A stretch of DNA of 64,000 bases from an uncultured Candidatus Melainabacteria bacterium (GCA_947361615.1 CANAJP010000004.1:8216-72215); one strand, 5' to 3'; counted from the first letter of the stretch, positions 19,611-29,622 are shown. Translations and numbers: made by a program. The notes: generated from the letters alone by a model not told the origin.

Positions 19611-20295
19611 GAATGTTTATTTTTTGTTGCTTTAATTGCTTGAAGCGTTTTTGGAAACTAAAGATTTCATCCAGAGTTTCGAATGATTTCATTATATTGC
19701 CCTTGCCGTCAATTATGCATCTTATAGAATCTTCGCAAGGTGAATCTGGTTTTACATATACATAACTATTCCCTTTGTTTTGCATAATAACTTCAATAGT
19801 GCGTTTCTTTTGTTCATCCCTTATGCGCGTAGCTTCTGCGGTCGAATTAATTTGGGGCGCTTCAATATTTAGCCTTAACGCATTAGAAATTTTTTCAACT
19901 TCCTTTTGGGCTTTAGGAGTTTTAGATTTTTTGCGAGGGCTTTTTTGTTGTGCGGCAGTGGTGCATATTTCTTTTATATCGGTTATGACTTTTGTTGCTT
20001 TGTCGTGGATTAATTTTATTAAATCTTCAGGTTTTTCGCTGTCTAAGCCGGATTTCGTGTTGATTTGTGGGAAATATTCGATACCGGAAACATTGTTTTC
20101 TTCGATATATTTACCGATTCTTTTGTCATAATTATTTCTAATGACAATAACTTGGTCGCCTTTTTCTAAGATGTCATTGAAAACTTGTTTGCCTTGGGTA
20201 AATAGGGTCGGGATTTCGTTTTTAGCCTTGATTTCGTTGGGTTTTATTCTGAATGCACCTTCAAAATTAGGGCTTGGTATATTTGATATCAACAT
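19597..20295 (-). CDS. hypothetical protein (232 aa)
   Basis: Long ORF convergent with ugd. I recognise no motif. Confidence 0.5.
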   Translation of the reverse strand: MLISNIPSPNFEGAFRIKPNEIKAKNEIPTLFTQGKQVFNDILEKGDQVIVIRNNYDKRIGKYIEENNVSGIEYFPQINTKSGLDSEKPEDLIKLIHDKATKVITDIKEICTTAAQQKSPRKKSKTPKAQKEVEKISNALRLNIEAPQINSTAEATRIRDEQKKRTIEVIMQNKGNSYVYVKPDSPCEDSIRCIIDGKGNIMKSFETLDEIFSFQKRFKQLKQQKINILTDK

Positions 20296-20392
20296 TTTAT
20301 TCTCCTTAGTTGTAGTAAAACTTGTGAAAATTTTTTTTGCTAACTAAAAAAGAGTAAAATGCATCTTTTAAGGAGTCATACGGATTGAGTAT

Positions 20393-20557
20393 TTATGAAA
20401 AATTATATTGAGTTGTTATTTCGCCATTAGGTAATTCAAAAATTATTTTCCCATTTATACAATAAACATTTGGAATACCATTTTTATGGTTATTCTCTTG
20501 AGCTTTTTTAATAGCTCTATTACCTAGTTTTAATAATTTTTCAGATAATTTTGTCAT
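20393..20557 (-). CDS. 54-aa protein translationally coupled to the zeta-like ATPase gene (possible antitoxin)
   Basis: Not in the ORF track (<60 aa). Hand translation: MTKLSEKLLKLGNRAIKKAQENNHKNGIPNVYCINGKIIFELPNGEITTQYNFS. Its ATG shares one base with the upstream TAA (TAATG). Confidence 0.55.
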   Translation of the reverse strand: MTKLSEKLLKLGNRAIKKAQENNHKNGIPNVYCINGKIIFELPNGEITTQYNFS

Positions 20558-21126
20558 TATTCAAAATCCTTTATAAATTTATTATACAAATTTTCACTAA
20601 ATATTTCAATCTCACTGTTAGCAAATTGAGCAACTAAAATATATTCAGTAGTACCGTTATAAAATAAATTCCATTCATCAACTATGTTTTTATACAAGTA
20701 CCAAAAATTATCCTTACTTCTATGAAAACGTCTAATAATATCTTCTCTAGGAATATTATGTCCACCGTTTAAGACTCTAATTTTAATTCTATTTTCGCAC
20801 AAAATAGGACTATCTAAGTAAGAATAAATTAAAACTACTTGATAACCTAAATTTTTGGCTTTTTGAATAGTTTTTATATGGTTTTTACCTGATAATGTAG
20901 TTTCAATGGCAAAGGATTTCCCTGAATTAAGTAAATTTTCAAGTTTTTTTATGACAATCTTACCAGCTTTTATTTTTACGCTTTCAATATTATTAGGACA
21001 TATTTCTTTTGCTACATCATCAGCATTTAGGAATGCCAAATTTTCTGATGGCAAGAGTTCGCTTGCTAATGTGCTTTTACCACTACCATTTGCGCCTGCT
21101 ATGATATATAGAATTTTATCTTGCAT
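20557..21126 (-). CDS. zeta-toxin-like P-loop kinase/ATPase (COG4185-like)
   Basis: Walker A IIAGANGSGKST at the N-terminus. 189 aa. The ETTLSG segment is typical of zeta/AAA_33-type kinases. Confidence 0.7.
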   Translation of the reverse strand: MQDKILYIIAGANGSGKSTLASELLPSENLAFLNADDVAKEICPNNIESVKIKAGKIVIKKLENLLNSGKSFAIETTLSGKNHIKTIQKAKNLGYQVVLIYSYLDSPILCENRIKIRVLNGGHNIPREDIIRRFHRSKDNFWYLYKNIVDEWNLFYNGTTEYILVAQFANSEIEIFSENLYNKFIKDFE

Positions 21127-21218
21127 AAGATTATATTAGCACAAATAAATGTCCTAGCAAGACAAGCTGGTGGCGGAGAACCTGAGGCTTGCTGTTGTTC
21201 TCATCTCACCCGCAGAAT

Positions 21219-21254
21219 AAAACAGGAAATAACAAAAGTCATTTCCTGTTTTAT
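21219..21254 (-). terminator. intrinsic terminator after the 97-aa ORF
   Basis: Perfect 10-bp stem aacaggaaat/atttcctgtt, followed on the minus strand by TTTTATT. Confidence 0.7.
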
Positions 21255-21265
21255 AAGTTTAATAT

Positions 21266-21559
21266 TTACACATTAATATGGAATTTTGCATGCGAAAGTT
21301 CTTCTGGTTTACGAGCTGAAAAGCTGCATGGAAGATAGCCCTTAAAAAGAAAAGGCTTAGTTTTTTTAGCTGGTTTTGCCCCCATTATCATCATTTCAGT
21401 TTCAGCCATTATTGTTGGCAAACCGCCTAATTTAGTTCCATTTACCGTACTATTTGTCATTGAAGCATTTGTTAATACGTTTTTTAAACCTTTTGCATTG
21501 GGACGGCAAGTTAATCCCCTATAATTTAATTTAGAAACACAATCTGCAAATTGCGGCAT
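21266..21559 (-). CDS. hypothetical protein (97 aa)
   Basis: AAGGAG RBS 7 nt upstream of the ATG and a terminator downstream. No recognisable motif. Confidence 0.45.
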   Translation of the reverse strand: MPQFADCVSKLNYRGLTCRPNAKGLKNVLTNASMTNSTVNGTKLGGLPTIMAETEMMIMGAKPAKKTKPFLFKGYLPCSFSARKPEELSHAKFHINV

Positions 21560-21680
21560 ATTTAACTCCTTATATTTTACTACACATGTGTGTAATGTAG
21601 GAACACTATCAAATTTGCGATTTTAACAAAACAAAGCTTAATAATAGTTTACAATGAGATTGAAATACGTGTTCAAAGCA

Positions 21681-21707
21681 AAAAAGAGTCCCGAAAGACT
21701 CTTTTTT
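21681..21707 (-). terminator. terminator of the tRNA operon
   Basis: aaaaaGAGTCccgaaaGACTCtttttt hairpin directly 3' of tRNA-Tyr. Confidence 0.7.
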
Positions 21708-21711
21708 AGTT

Positions 21712-21794
21712 TGGGCAGGGGTGGATTCGAACCACCGTAGGCTCGCACCGACAGATTTACAGTCTGTTCCCTTTAGCCACTCGGGCACCTACCC
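21712..21794 (-). tRNA. tRNA-Tyr (GTA)
   Basis: Reverse complement is GGGTAGGTGCCCGAGTGG...GACTGTAAATCTGTC...GGTTCGAATCCACCCCTGCCCA. Long variable arm. CCA is not encoded. Confidence 0.88.
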
Positions 21795-21992
21795 ATATTT
21801 AATTGTTGATTTTAGACTCTCTTGTTTAATGTGTTCCGCCAGTGTCCGTAACCTGCCTAGTGCTATTTTCGGCTAATTACTTGTTTTATTGTTTCCTGTG
21901 CTATTCATATTCCATTGGTTGCGGACCGGCCACACACATTTTTGAGTTTATATCAGATTGGTATCTCTGACTTAGTTCGAGATAACGCAATA

Positions 21993-22064
21993 TGCCCTTG
22001 ACGAGATTTGAACTCGTGGCCTCTCCCTTACCAAGGGAGTGCGCTACCCCTGCGCCACAAGGGC
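21993..22064 (-). tRNA. tRNA-Thr (GGT)
   Basis: Reverse complement is GCCCTTGTGGCGCAGGGGTAGCGCACTCCCTTGGTAAGGGAGAGGCCACGAGTTCAAATCTCGTCAAGGGCA. Confidence 0.88.
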
Positions 22065-22180
22065 TTGCCCTTTGGAGTGCTTCACTTTACGGTTTTAGGT
22101 GACCAAGGGAGTGCTGCTACCCTCCTCTACTCAAACGATACTCAATCGTTTTCGCGGAGTCCTTGCCACAAGGGCTTGTT
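22065..22180 (-). pseudogene. tRNA-Thr(GGT)-derived remnant / tRNA-like element
   Basis: Minus-strand sequence GCCCTTGTGGCAAGG-[38 nt insert]-GGGTAGCAGCACTCCCTTGGTCACC...AAAGGGCA. It copies the acceptor 5' half, D arm and anticodon-arm 5' half of the adjacent tRNA-Thr. It has no T arm. Confidence 0.55.
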
Positions 22181-22189
22181 TTCCAAAAA

Positions 22190-22264
22190 TGGAGCCGGCA
22201 ATAGGAATCGAACCTACAACCTACGGTTTACAAAACCGTTGCTCTACCGTTGAGCTATGCCGGC
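22190..22264 (-). tRNA. tRNA-Thr (TGT), CCA encoded
   Basis: Reverse complement is GCCGGCATAGCTCAACGGTAGAGCAACGGTTTTGTAAACCGTAGGTTGTAGGTTCGATTCCTATTGCCGGCTCCA. Confidence 0.9.
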
Positions 22265-22274
22265 GCGTGAGAAA

Positions 22275-22303
22275 ATTATATAATGGACAAAATTGAATGT
22301 CAA
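22275..22303 (-). promoter_or_regulatory. consensus sigma-70 promoter of the tRNA operon
   Basis: On the minus strand: TTGACA, 17 nt, TATAAT. It ends about 10 nt before the 5' end of tRNA-Thr(TGT). Confidence 0.75.
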
Positions 22304-22325
22304 GTGTTTTTTATACCATTATTTA

Positions 22326-23303
22326 TTAATTACTTAACAATTTGTTTTCGCCGAATACAAATGCCCGAAACTCCTGTTTTATAGGCTTGTAGAATTCTTT
22401 TACAAGTACGTGTTGGGTTTGAATACAGCTGTAATTGCGGGCATGAAGATAGGTTTCATAATCCTGCGCAAATTTTAAATATTTATTTTGTTTTAAATAC
22501 GCTTTAAATTCACTATTACGTTTTGTCGCAATGCTTTTCAGCGCAAAAGAAATTATTGCATCGTAGTTAAGCTGGTAGCCGTTGTTTTTTGTGAGAGTTA
22601 TTATAAAATTGTAGTTGTCGTTTGTTTGCACGGTTAGAAACGCGATTGCCGTATCGTTGTTGAATAATACGTAATTGCTTTCAGATTTGTTGTCAAAAAG
22701 TTTCAATAATGGCGTTTTAAACTCGTTTTCCGTGCGTGTGAGTGCGGGTTGATAGTGTGTAATTATTTCGCCGTTGATAAGCTCTGAAATTTGTCGGGCA
22801 TGCCCGTCGTTTGATGCTATAAACTCCAGAGGTTCGACAGCGTTAAAATAATCAAAGTCATGCGAAATATCCCAGAGGTTTTCGTATGAACAGCACCTGA
22901 ACCCGCAGCCGTCTATGAAAAGCTGTTCTAAATCTTTTTGTTTGTTGTCGACAATAACTTTGAAGTTTTTGGCGCCTTTTTCACCGTAGTGGCGAATAAT
23001 AAATTTAATAAGTTTTTTGCCTGTGAGGTAGTCGTTATTTTCAAAAAGCAGGCGTTTGATGTTAATTTGTTCGTGATTGCCGTGCGTTGTTGAAACACAA
23101 ATAAGCCCCTTTATTATCCCGTTTTCTGATAGAACATAGGATTCGGGCATAAATTTGAAGTGCAAAGGCAGAATTCCTTGCAGGGGACTTGCGCATTCTT
23201 TCAGAAGATTATATTTAAAATAGTCTTCGTTAAAACCGGTAATACCTGCGATTTTTTTGAGGCGTGATTTATCGAAAATATTTAGTCTTCTGATGTTGCT
23301 CAT
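22326..23303 (-). CDS. GNAT-fold acetyltransferase-like protein (325 aa)
   Basis: The segment GKKLIKFIIRHYGEKGAKNFKVIVDNKQKDLEQLFIDGCGF has the GNAT motif A/B pattern. The function is unknown. Confidence 0.5.
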   Translation of the reverse strand: MSNIRRLNIFDKSRLKKIAGITGFNEDYFKYNLLKECASPLQGILPLHFKFMPESYVLSENGIIKGLICVSTTHGNHEQINIKRLLFENNDYLTGKKLIKFIIRHYGEKGAKNFKVIVDNKQKDLEQLFIDGCGFRCCSYENLWDISHDFDYFNAVEPLEFIASNDGHARQISELINGEIITHYQPALTRTENEFKTPLLKLFDNKSESNYVLFNNDTAIAFLTVQTNDNYNFIITLTKNNGYQLNYDAIISFALKSIATKRNSEFKAYLKQNKYLKFAQDYETYLHARNYSCIQTQHVLVKEFYKPIKQEFRAFVFGENKLLSN

Positions 23304-23376
23304 AGAATTATTATAACGTTTTTATTGTAAATCGACAAGGTGCCGGAACGCAATGCGTTCCGGCGTATCTTGAATA

Positions 23377-23916
23377 TTAGTTAAAGTATCTTTTCAAAAG
23401 ACCGTCGAAACCTCTGCCGTGGCGGGCTTCGTCTTTAGCCATTTCGTGAACTGTGTCGTGAATAGCGTCATAGCCGAGTTCTTTGGCGCGTTTGGCAAGC
23501 ATAAGTTTGCCTTCGCAAGCGCCTTGTTCAGCGGCTGCTCTGAGTTCAAGGTTTTTCTTTGTTGAATTAGTTACAACATCACCGAGAAGCTCAGCGAATT
23601 TAGCTGCGTGTTCAGCTTCTTCAAATGCGTATCTTTTGTAAGCTTCTGCGATTTCAGGGAAGCCTTCGCGCTCAGCCTGTCTGCTCATAGCGAGGTACAT
23701 ACCAACTTCGCAGCATTCGCCGTTGAAGTTAGCAAGTAAACCTTCCATAACTTCTTTATCTTCAACTTTACCGTCACCTACTTTGTGTTCGCAAGCGTAA
23801 ACTTTTTCGCCGCCAGCTTCTTGTGAAGTGAAAGTTGTAGCGCCGCAAATAGGGCATTTTGCAGGTTGAACATCAGCTTCTGTAGTCCATCCGCATACTG
23901 TACAAATGTATTTCAT
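23377..23916 (-). CDS. rbr: reverse rubrerythrin (N-terminal rubredoxin-like domain plus ferritin-like diiron domain)
   Basis: CTVCGW...CPICG at the N-terminus, followed by the EEAEHAAKF and EARH diiron motifs. Confidence 0.85.
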   Translation of the reverse strand: MKYICTVCGWTTEADVQPAKCPICGATTFTSQEAGGEKVYACEHKVGDGKVEDKEVMEGLLANFNGECCEVGMYLAMSRQAEREGFPEIAEAYKRYAFEEAEHAAKFAELLGDVVTNSTKKNLELRAAAEQGACEGKLMLAKRAKELGYDAIHDTVHEMAKDEARHGRGFDGLLKRYFN

Positions 23917-24011
23917 AAATTCTCTCCTTTATTAAATAACCAATCATATTTTATTATATAAGTACTTAAATGTAAATAGAACTAGCAATTTTTTTGATTC
24001 AGTTGTTTTAT

Positions 24012-25406
24012 ATGGGTATGACAGTAGGAAAAATTAGTGCGAATGTAGTTTCAAATATGGTTTCGGGAAGTTCCGCGGAGAATAAAACGCCTGAAACATC
24101 TTATGCGACTGAGCCGAAAAAAGATAATAAAAAAGTTTTGATGTGGGCGCTTGGCGGTCTGGCGTTAGCCGGTGCGGCGGGAGTTCTGATTTATAATGCT
24201 AGAAAAGGCAGGAGTGCGGGTGCAGGCGCTGCTGCTGGAGCAGGCTTTTCGTTCGGAACGTTCGCTAAGAAGTTTGCTGATGAATCTATTTTTGCAAAAA
24301 CGATAGAAAATGTTCAAAATAAAGTTGATGGAATTAATTTCCGTCAGGAAAAAGGTCACTGGGAAATGAGCAATATCCCTGAACAATTTGGCTGTCGCTT
24401 GTTAAAACCTGAACAGGCTGACGCCAATGGATTTGTTTCCTGTTTTGATTTTTCTTCCCGTGAAATGGCGTTTCAAGTGTTAAACCACAAAGACGGTAAA
24501 ACTATATTTAATGTTGGTGAGGGGTTAGCCGTCACAGTAGATTCTGCCAGTGGTAAAGTATCCGAAGTGTTTAGCGAGTTAGATGGAATTGGCGCCGAAC
24601 ATTGTCAGAAGTTCGTAGATGATTTAGACTTGAAAAAACTTATTGATGACTCTGATTACCGAAAGAATTATTGTAAATCTATTCGCGATGTTGTCGGAGA
24701 GATTGTGGAAAAAGAAAGTTTGTCTGCAATTGCAGACAAAACGGGCAAGACATTTGATGAAATCAAAGGTATTCAGGATTCTGCGGAGTTTCAGGATTAC
24801 TGGCGTTCTATGGCGCAGCTGGGAGAAGACATCCACGGCGTAAATAATGGTTTGAATCGTTTCCACGGATTATTTAACGTGCCTGAAAGCGTTAATATTC
24901 AAAAGATTTTCGGGTTTGTAGAGGGCAAGGATAAATTTTATTTCCTTGAAGATTTTGTGACTGGAAACAAAGGTTTTGAATATCGTGTTAATATGATTGA
25001 GGATGGCTCAGGCTTGATACCTCGGCAAACTGTTGCGGAAATTCGTGATCTTTCAGTTCCTGATGAACGCTTGAAAATTGGCGATGGGTCTAACGGTGAA
25101 TTCTTTGCGTATGAAAGATATAATGAGGATATGACCGGGTTTGTGAACATTAGGTATTATAATCCTGCGGAATTTAAGGACGGAAATGCGCGAGTTACAA
25201 TGATTTCTACAAAAGACTTGTCACTTAATATGGAAGAAACGGCTGATGGGGTTCAACATCTGACAGTAAGACGTGGTGATGAAGTGATTTCTGAAGCGCA
25301 GTGCGAAACATTGATGAATGTTTTGAAAGATGAATCAATGCGCGCAACTTTTATAAAAGATTTTGTGACCCGCGGTACAGAAATGCTGCAGAGTTATTTA
25401 GGATAA
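24012..25406 (+). CDS. membrane-anchored hypothetical protein
   Basis: Single TM helix (VLMWALGGLALAGAAGVLIY) followed by a Gly/Ala-rich linker and a ~370-aa domain with no recognised motif. The start is uncertain (TTG 23994, ATG 24012 or 24018). Confidence 0.55.
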   Translation: MGMTVGKISANVVSNMVSGSSAENKTPETSYATEPKKDNKKVLMWALGGLALAGAAGVLIYNARKGRSAGAGAAAGAGFSFGTFAKKFADESIFAKTIENVQNKVDGINFRQEKGHWEMSNIPEQFGCRLLKPEQADANGFVSCFDFSSREMAFQVLNHKDGKTIFNVGEGLAVTVDSASGKVSEVFSELDGIGAEHCQKFVDDLDLKKLIDDSDYRKNYCKSIRDVVGEIVEKESLSAIADKTGKTFDEIKGIQDSAEFQDYWRSMAQLGEDIHGVNNGLNRFHGLFNVPESVNIQKIFGFVEGKDKFYFLEDFVTGNKGFEYRVNMIEDGSGLIPRQTVAEIRDLSVPDERLKIGDGSNGEFFAYERYNEDMTGFVNIRYYNPAEFKDGNARVTMISTKDLSLNMEETADGVQHLTVRRGDEVISEAQCETLMNVLKDESMRATFIKDFVTRGTEMLQSYLG

Positions 25407-25407
25407 T

Positions 25408-25638
25408 CTAATCATCATCGTCGGGTTCTATTTCCGGCAGAAGTGTGTAAAACTCTTTGCACACTGAAATTAATCTTTCGTGGATAAGTGTTGCGAGAGC
25501 TTCCAGGTGAACTGGTTTTAATGGGCTGTCCATCATGCTTTCTGCCAATATGTATGAAACATTTTTCAGGTTTTCAAGTGCGCAGGAAATTTTATCGATT
25601 TGATTGTAAATTTCATCTGTGACAATTTTGTGTTTCAT
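25408..25638 (-). CDS. 76-aa acidic helical protein, head-to-head with an XRE regulator
   Basis: ORF ending ...PEIEPDDDD. Weak colinear similarity to the 79-aa ORF at 39844-40083. Confidence 0.55.
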   Translation of the reverse strand: MKHKIVTDEIYNQIDKISCALENLKNVSYILAESMMDSPLKPVHLEALATLIHERLISVCKEFYTLLPEIEPDDDD

Positions 25639-25734
25639 TTGACCTCCGGTGTATGCTGTAGACTATTTTTTATATACTGTAGCATATTGTCTGTAGTATG
25701 TCAATAATATACTATAGAATACAAAGGATAGGCT

Positions 25735-25962
25735 ATGATAACTGAACGAATTAAAAAAATAGGTTTAAAGGTAAAATTAGAAAGAGTTAAAAGAGGATTG
25801 TCACGCGAAAAACTTGCGGAAATGGCTGATTTGCATACTGGTACGATAGGTACAATTGAAAGAGGTGAAAAAGAACCTTCAATCACCACGCTTGAACAAA
25901 TCGCTGCGGCTTTAAATATTGAATTTGAAGACCTCATTAATGTTTCAAATGTTGAGTTGTAA
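25735..25962 (+). CDS. XRE-family helix-turn-helix transcriptional regulator
   Basis: LSREKLAEMADLHTGTIGTIERGEKEPSITTLEQIAAAL is a classic Cro/CI HTH. Confidence 0.85.
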   Translation: MITERIKKIGLKVKLERVKRGLSREKLAEMADLHTGTIGTIERGEKEPSITTLEQIAAALNIEFEDLINVSNVEL

Positions 25963-25968
25963 AATTTT

Positions 25969-26050
25969 CTGTCATCCTGAAACAAGTTCGGGATGACAAG
26001 GAACAGAGCGTTTTGCTTGGCAAAGTCGCAAATCCGCAAATTCAGCATGA
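25969..26050. repeat. palindromic MITE-like repeat copy (GTCATCC[CT]GAA..TTCGGGATGAC family)
   Basis: gtcatcctgaaacaagttcgggatgac (25971-25997), plus a second half-site ttcagcatgacaaagg about 40 nt downstream. Confidence 0.7.
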
Positions 26051-26065
26051 CAAAGGTGCTAAAAA

Positions 26066-26095
26066 ACGGCCCCTTGCGGAGCCGTTTTTTTTTTG
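26066..26095. terminator. bidirectional terminator (XRE gene / groEL)
   Basis: aaaaaACGGCcccttgcggaGCCGTttttttttt. Confidence 0.7.
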
Positions 26096-26113
26096 AGAAT
26101 GTTTAGAGTTTGA

Positions 26114-27766
<1,653 letters not shown>

Positions 27767-28051
27767 CTACTCAATTACTGCTAATGCGTCTTTTATTGAT
27801 AAAATTTTATAATTTGTGTCGTCTAATTTTACGTCTGTTCCTGAATATTTTGCGTAAAGAACGATATCACCAACTTTAACATCAAGAGGTTCTCTTTCGC
27901 CTTTGTCGTTCATTTTGCCAAGACCTACCGCAACAACTTCACCTTTTTGTGGTTTTTCTTTTGCGCTATCAGGAATAAAAATTCCGCCTGAAGTTTGCTC
28001 TGTATCTTCAATAACCTTAATTACAATTCTTTCTCCTAACGGTTTTAACAT
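27767..28051 (-). CDS. groES: co-chaperonin GroES
   Basis: 94 aa: MLKPLGERIVIKV...GGIFIPDSAKEKPQKGEVVAVG. Confidence 0.95.
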   Translation of the reverse strand: MLKPLGERIVIKVIEDTEQTSGGIFIPDSAKEKPQKGEVVAVGLGKMNDKGEREPLDVKVGDIVLYAKYSGTDVKLDDTNYKILSIKDALAVIE

Positions 28052-28164
28052 ATCGTTCTCCTTTTCTTATTTCTATACAAACTATATAATATACCGAAAA
28101 TGAGAAAATATATATAACCTTAATGAAAAATTAAGGTTTCGGGTGGGTTAGTCGAGGTGAACTA

Positions 28165-29622
28165 TTATGATAAAATTTCGAGCTTGCTGCTCATTTCTGC
28201 GATTAAATCGAGGTCGCTGGTTTGGTTCGCAAAGTGAAGCCCTTTGGTTAAAAGACTTTTGGCTTTATTAATATTGTGGTATTCCATCATTAGGTCAGCT
28301 GCGGAGTTGTAGTTTTGGGCAACTTTTTGAGGCGACTCGGCGTCGGTGTAATGTTTTACCGCTTCTGAGTATTCATGTAACGCTTCTTGTGGTTCGCCGA
28401 ATTTATTCAATCCGTCTGCGCGGTTTGAAGCGATGTAGCCCTTAACTTTTGAATTGTCGGTTTGGGCCGCTAAATCTTTGGCTGTTGAGTAGTATTCTAG
28501 TGATTCTTGTTCGTACATGTCGGCGTAAATGTTGCCCATTTTTGTCAGTGATACGGATTGTGCGACAAGGTTGTCCTCTTCGCCCGCATAGGCCACCGTT
28601 GTATAATAGTGGTCGAGCGCAGGTGAAATTTGGTTTACGTTGTCGTAAATCTGTGCCATTGAGTAGTGGGCTTTAATTTTGACAGTGTTTTCTGTCGCGC
28701 TTTCAAGTGATTTATGGTAGCTTGTGAGTGCTTGCGGCAGGTAATTGTAGTCGTTGTAAATGTCGCCGACTTCAAGGTAAATTTTTGATTTCACAGACTC
28801 TTCGCCCAGTTCGTCTGCGCGGGTAAGTGCTTTTTGAAAGCTTAAAAGTGCCGCTTTAGGGTTGTTTTCACGTGCCAGTTGTTTGGAGTATTTGAACATG
28901 TTTTTAAGTTCTTCATCCACTTTCGGCACTGCAGGTTGAGGGGTAGGTTGTTCCGCAGCCGGTGTTTCCTGTTCTTTGTTCAATGTTTTTTCAGGGAATT
29001 TTACCAGAAACTGCGGGTTGATATCGTTTTCGTTATATTTGAAATCTATTTGTTGGAGGAAAATCGCGTCAACCCAGTTTTCGACGACTTTTGATTCCTT
29101 GTTGAGGGTTTCTGAAATGTAAGCGTCGAGTAGTGATGAAGCATTTTTCAGGTTTGATTTAATAAGTTTTGTGTTCGGATTGTCTTTTGTTACCTGAGAA
29201 TTAATCAGGTTTAAGTAGCCGTCAACTTCCTCTTGAAGTTCCGGCGGGGTTCCGATTGCAAGCGCTGTGTTGCGGAAATCTTTTAAAACTTGTGCAATGT
29301 TGATATTTGCGGATACATTTTGGTGCTCAAAAGTGTCAACAGGTGCAGAGTTTTGTGGTGCAATGTAGCGTGACTGTGCCTGAATTTGACTTTTTGCAGC
29401 CTGCCAGCCCTGTTGTTGAACCTGTGCAGTGTAATTCGGGACAAAAGGTTTTGGTTTGTCTTCAACAAGTGAAAGTCCTTTACTTCTGGCGTGTTCGTTC
29501 TGGCCGTTTTCATTTTCGGCCTGACGGGCGGATTTTTCCTGTTCCTCTTTGGAATTTACAGGCTTCTTCCCGTCTTTGACGATATATGGATGTTGGTTTA
29601 CACTACTTAGGTTTAATCCCAT
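28165..29622 (-). CDS. TPR-repeat protein with a Gln/Pro-rich N-terminal region
   Basis: The C-terminal half contains several 34-aa A/Y-pattern repeats (ALxxYxxAL...). The hairpin aaccttaat/attaaggtt downstream is a likely terminator. Confidence 0.65.
   Translation of the reverse strand: MGLNLSSVNQHPYIVKDGKKPVNSKEEQEKSARQAENENGQNEHARSKGLSLVEDKPKPFVPNYTAQVQQQGWQAAKSQIQAQSRYIAPQNSAPVDTFEHQNVSANINIAQVLKDFRNTALAIGTPPELQEEVDGYLNLINSQVTKDNPNTKLIKSNLKNASSLLDAYISETLNKESKVVENWVDAIFLQQIDFKYNENDINPQFLVKFPEKTLNKEQETPAAEQPTPQPAVPKVDEELKNMFKYSKQLARENNPKAALLSFQKALTRADELGEESVKSKIYLEVGDIYNDYNYLPQALTSYHKSLESATENTVKIKAHYSMAQIYDNVNQISPALDHYYTTVAYAGEEDNLVAQSVSLTKMGNIYADMYEQESLEYYSTAKDLAAQTDNSKVKGYIASNRADGLNKFGEPQEALHEYSEAVKHYTDAESPQKVAQNYNSAADLMMEYHNINKAKSLLTKGLHFANQTSDLDLIAEMSSKLEILS

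Noticed and set aside
21130-21135. TATAAT 3 nt upstream of the zeta-like gene ATG, as a leaderless-mRNA promoter.
   Set aside because: There is no acceptable -35 element at 17±1 nt. TATAAT-like hexamers are frequent in this AT-rich DNA.
21795-21992. Checked whether the 198-nt spacer in the tRNA operon hides a tRNA-Gly, as in thrU-tyrU-glyT-thrT clusters, or a group I intron.
   Set aside because: There is no T-arm (GTTCGAAT/GTTCAAAT) signature, acceptor pairing or intron core elements. It is kept only as a possible sRNA in the findings.
25701-26048. 115-aa minus-strand ORF covering the XRE gene and the repeat element.
   Set aside because: It is antisense to a clear HTH gene. Its N-terminal part (…VIPNLFQD…) is simply the translated palindromic repeat.
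28052-28164. Looked for a CIRCE element (TTAGCACTC-N9-GAGTGCTAA) upstream of groES.
   Set aside because: No match by eye on either strand. The region holds only an AT-rich putative promoter and the terminator hairpin of the upstream TPR gene. Absence of CIRCE alone is not informative.
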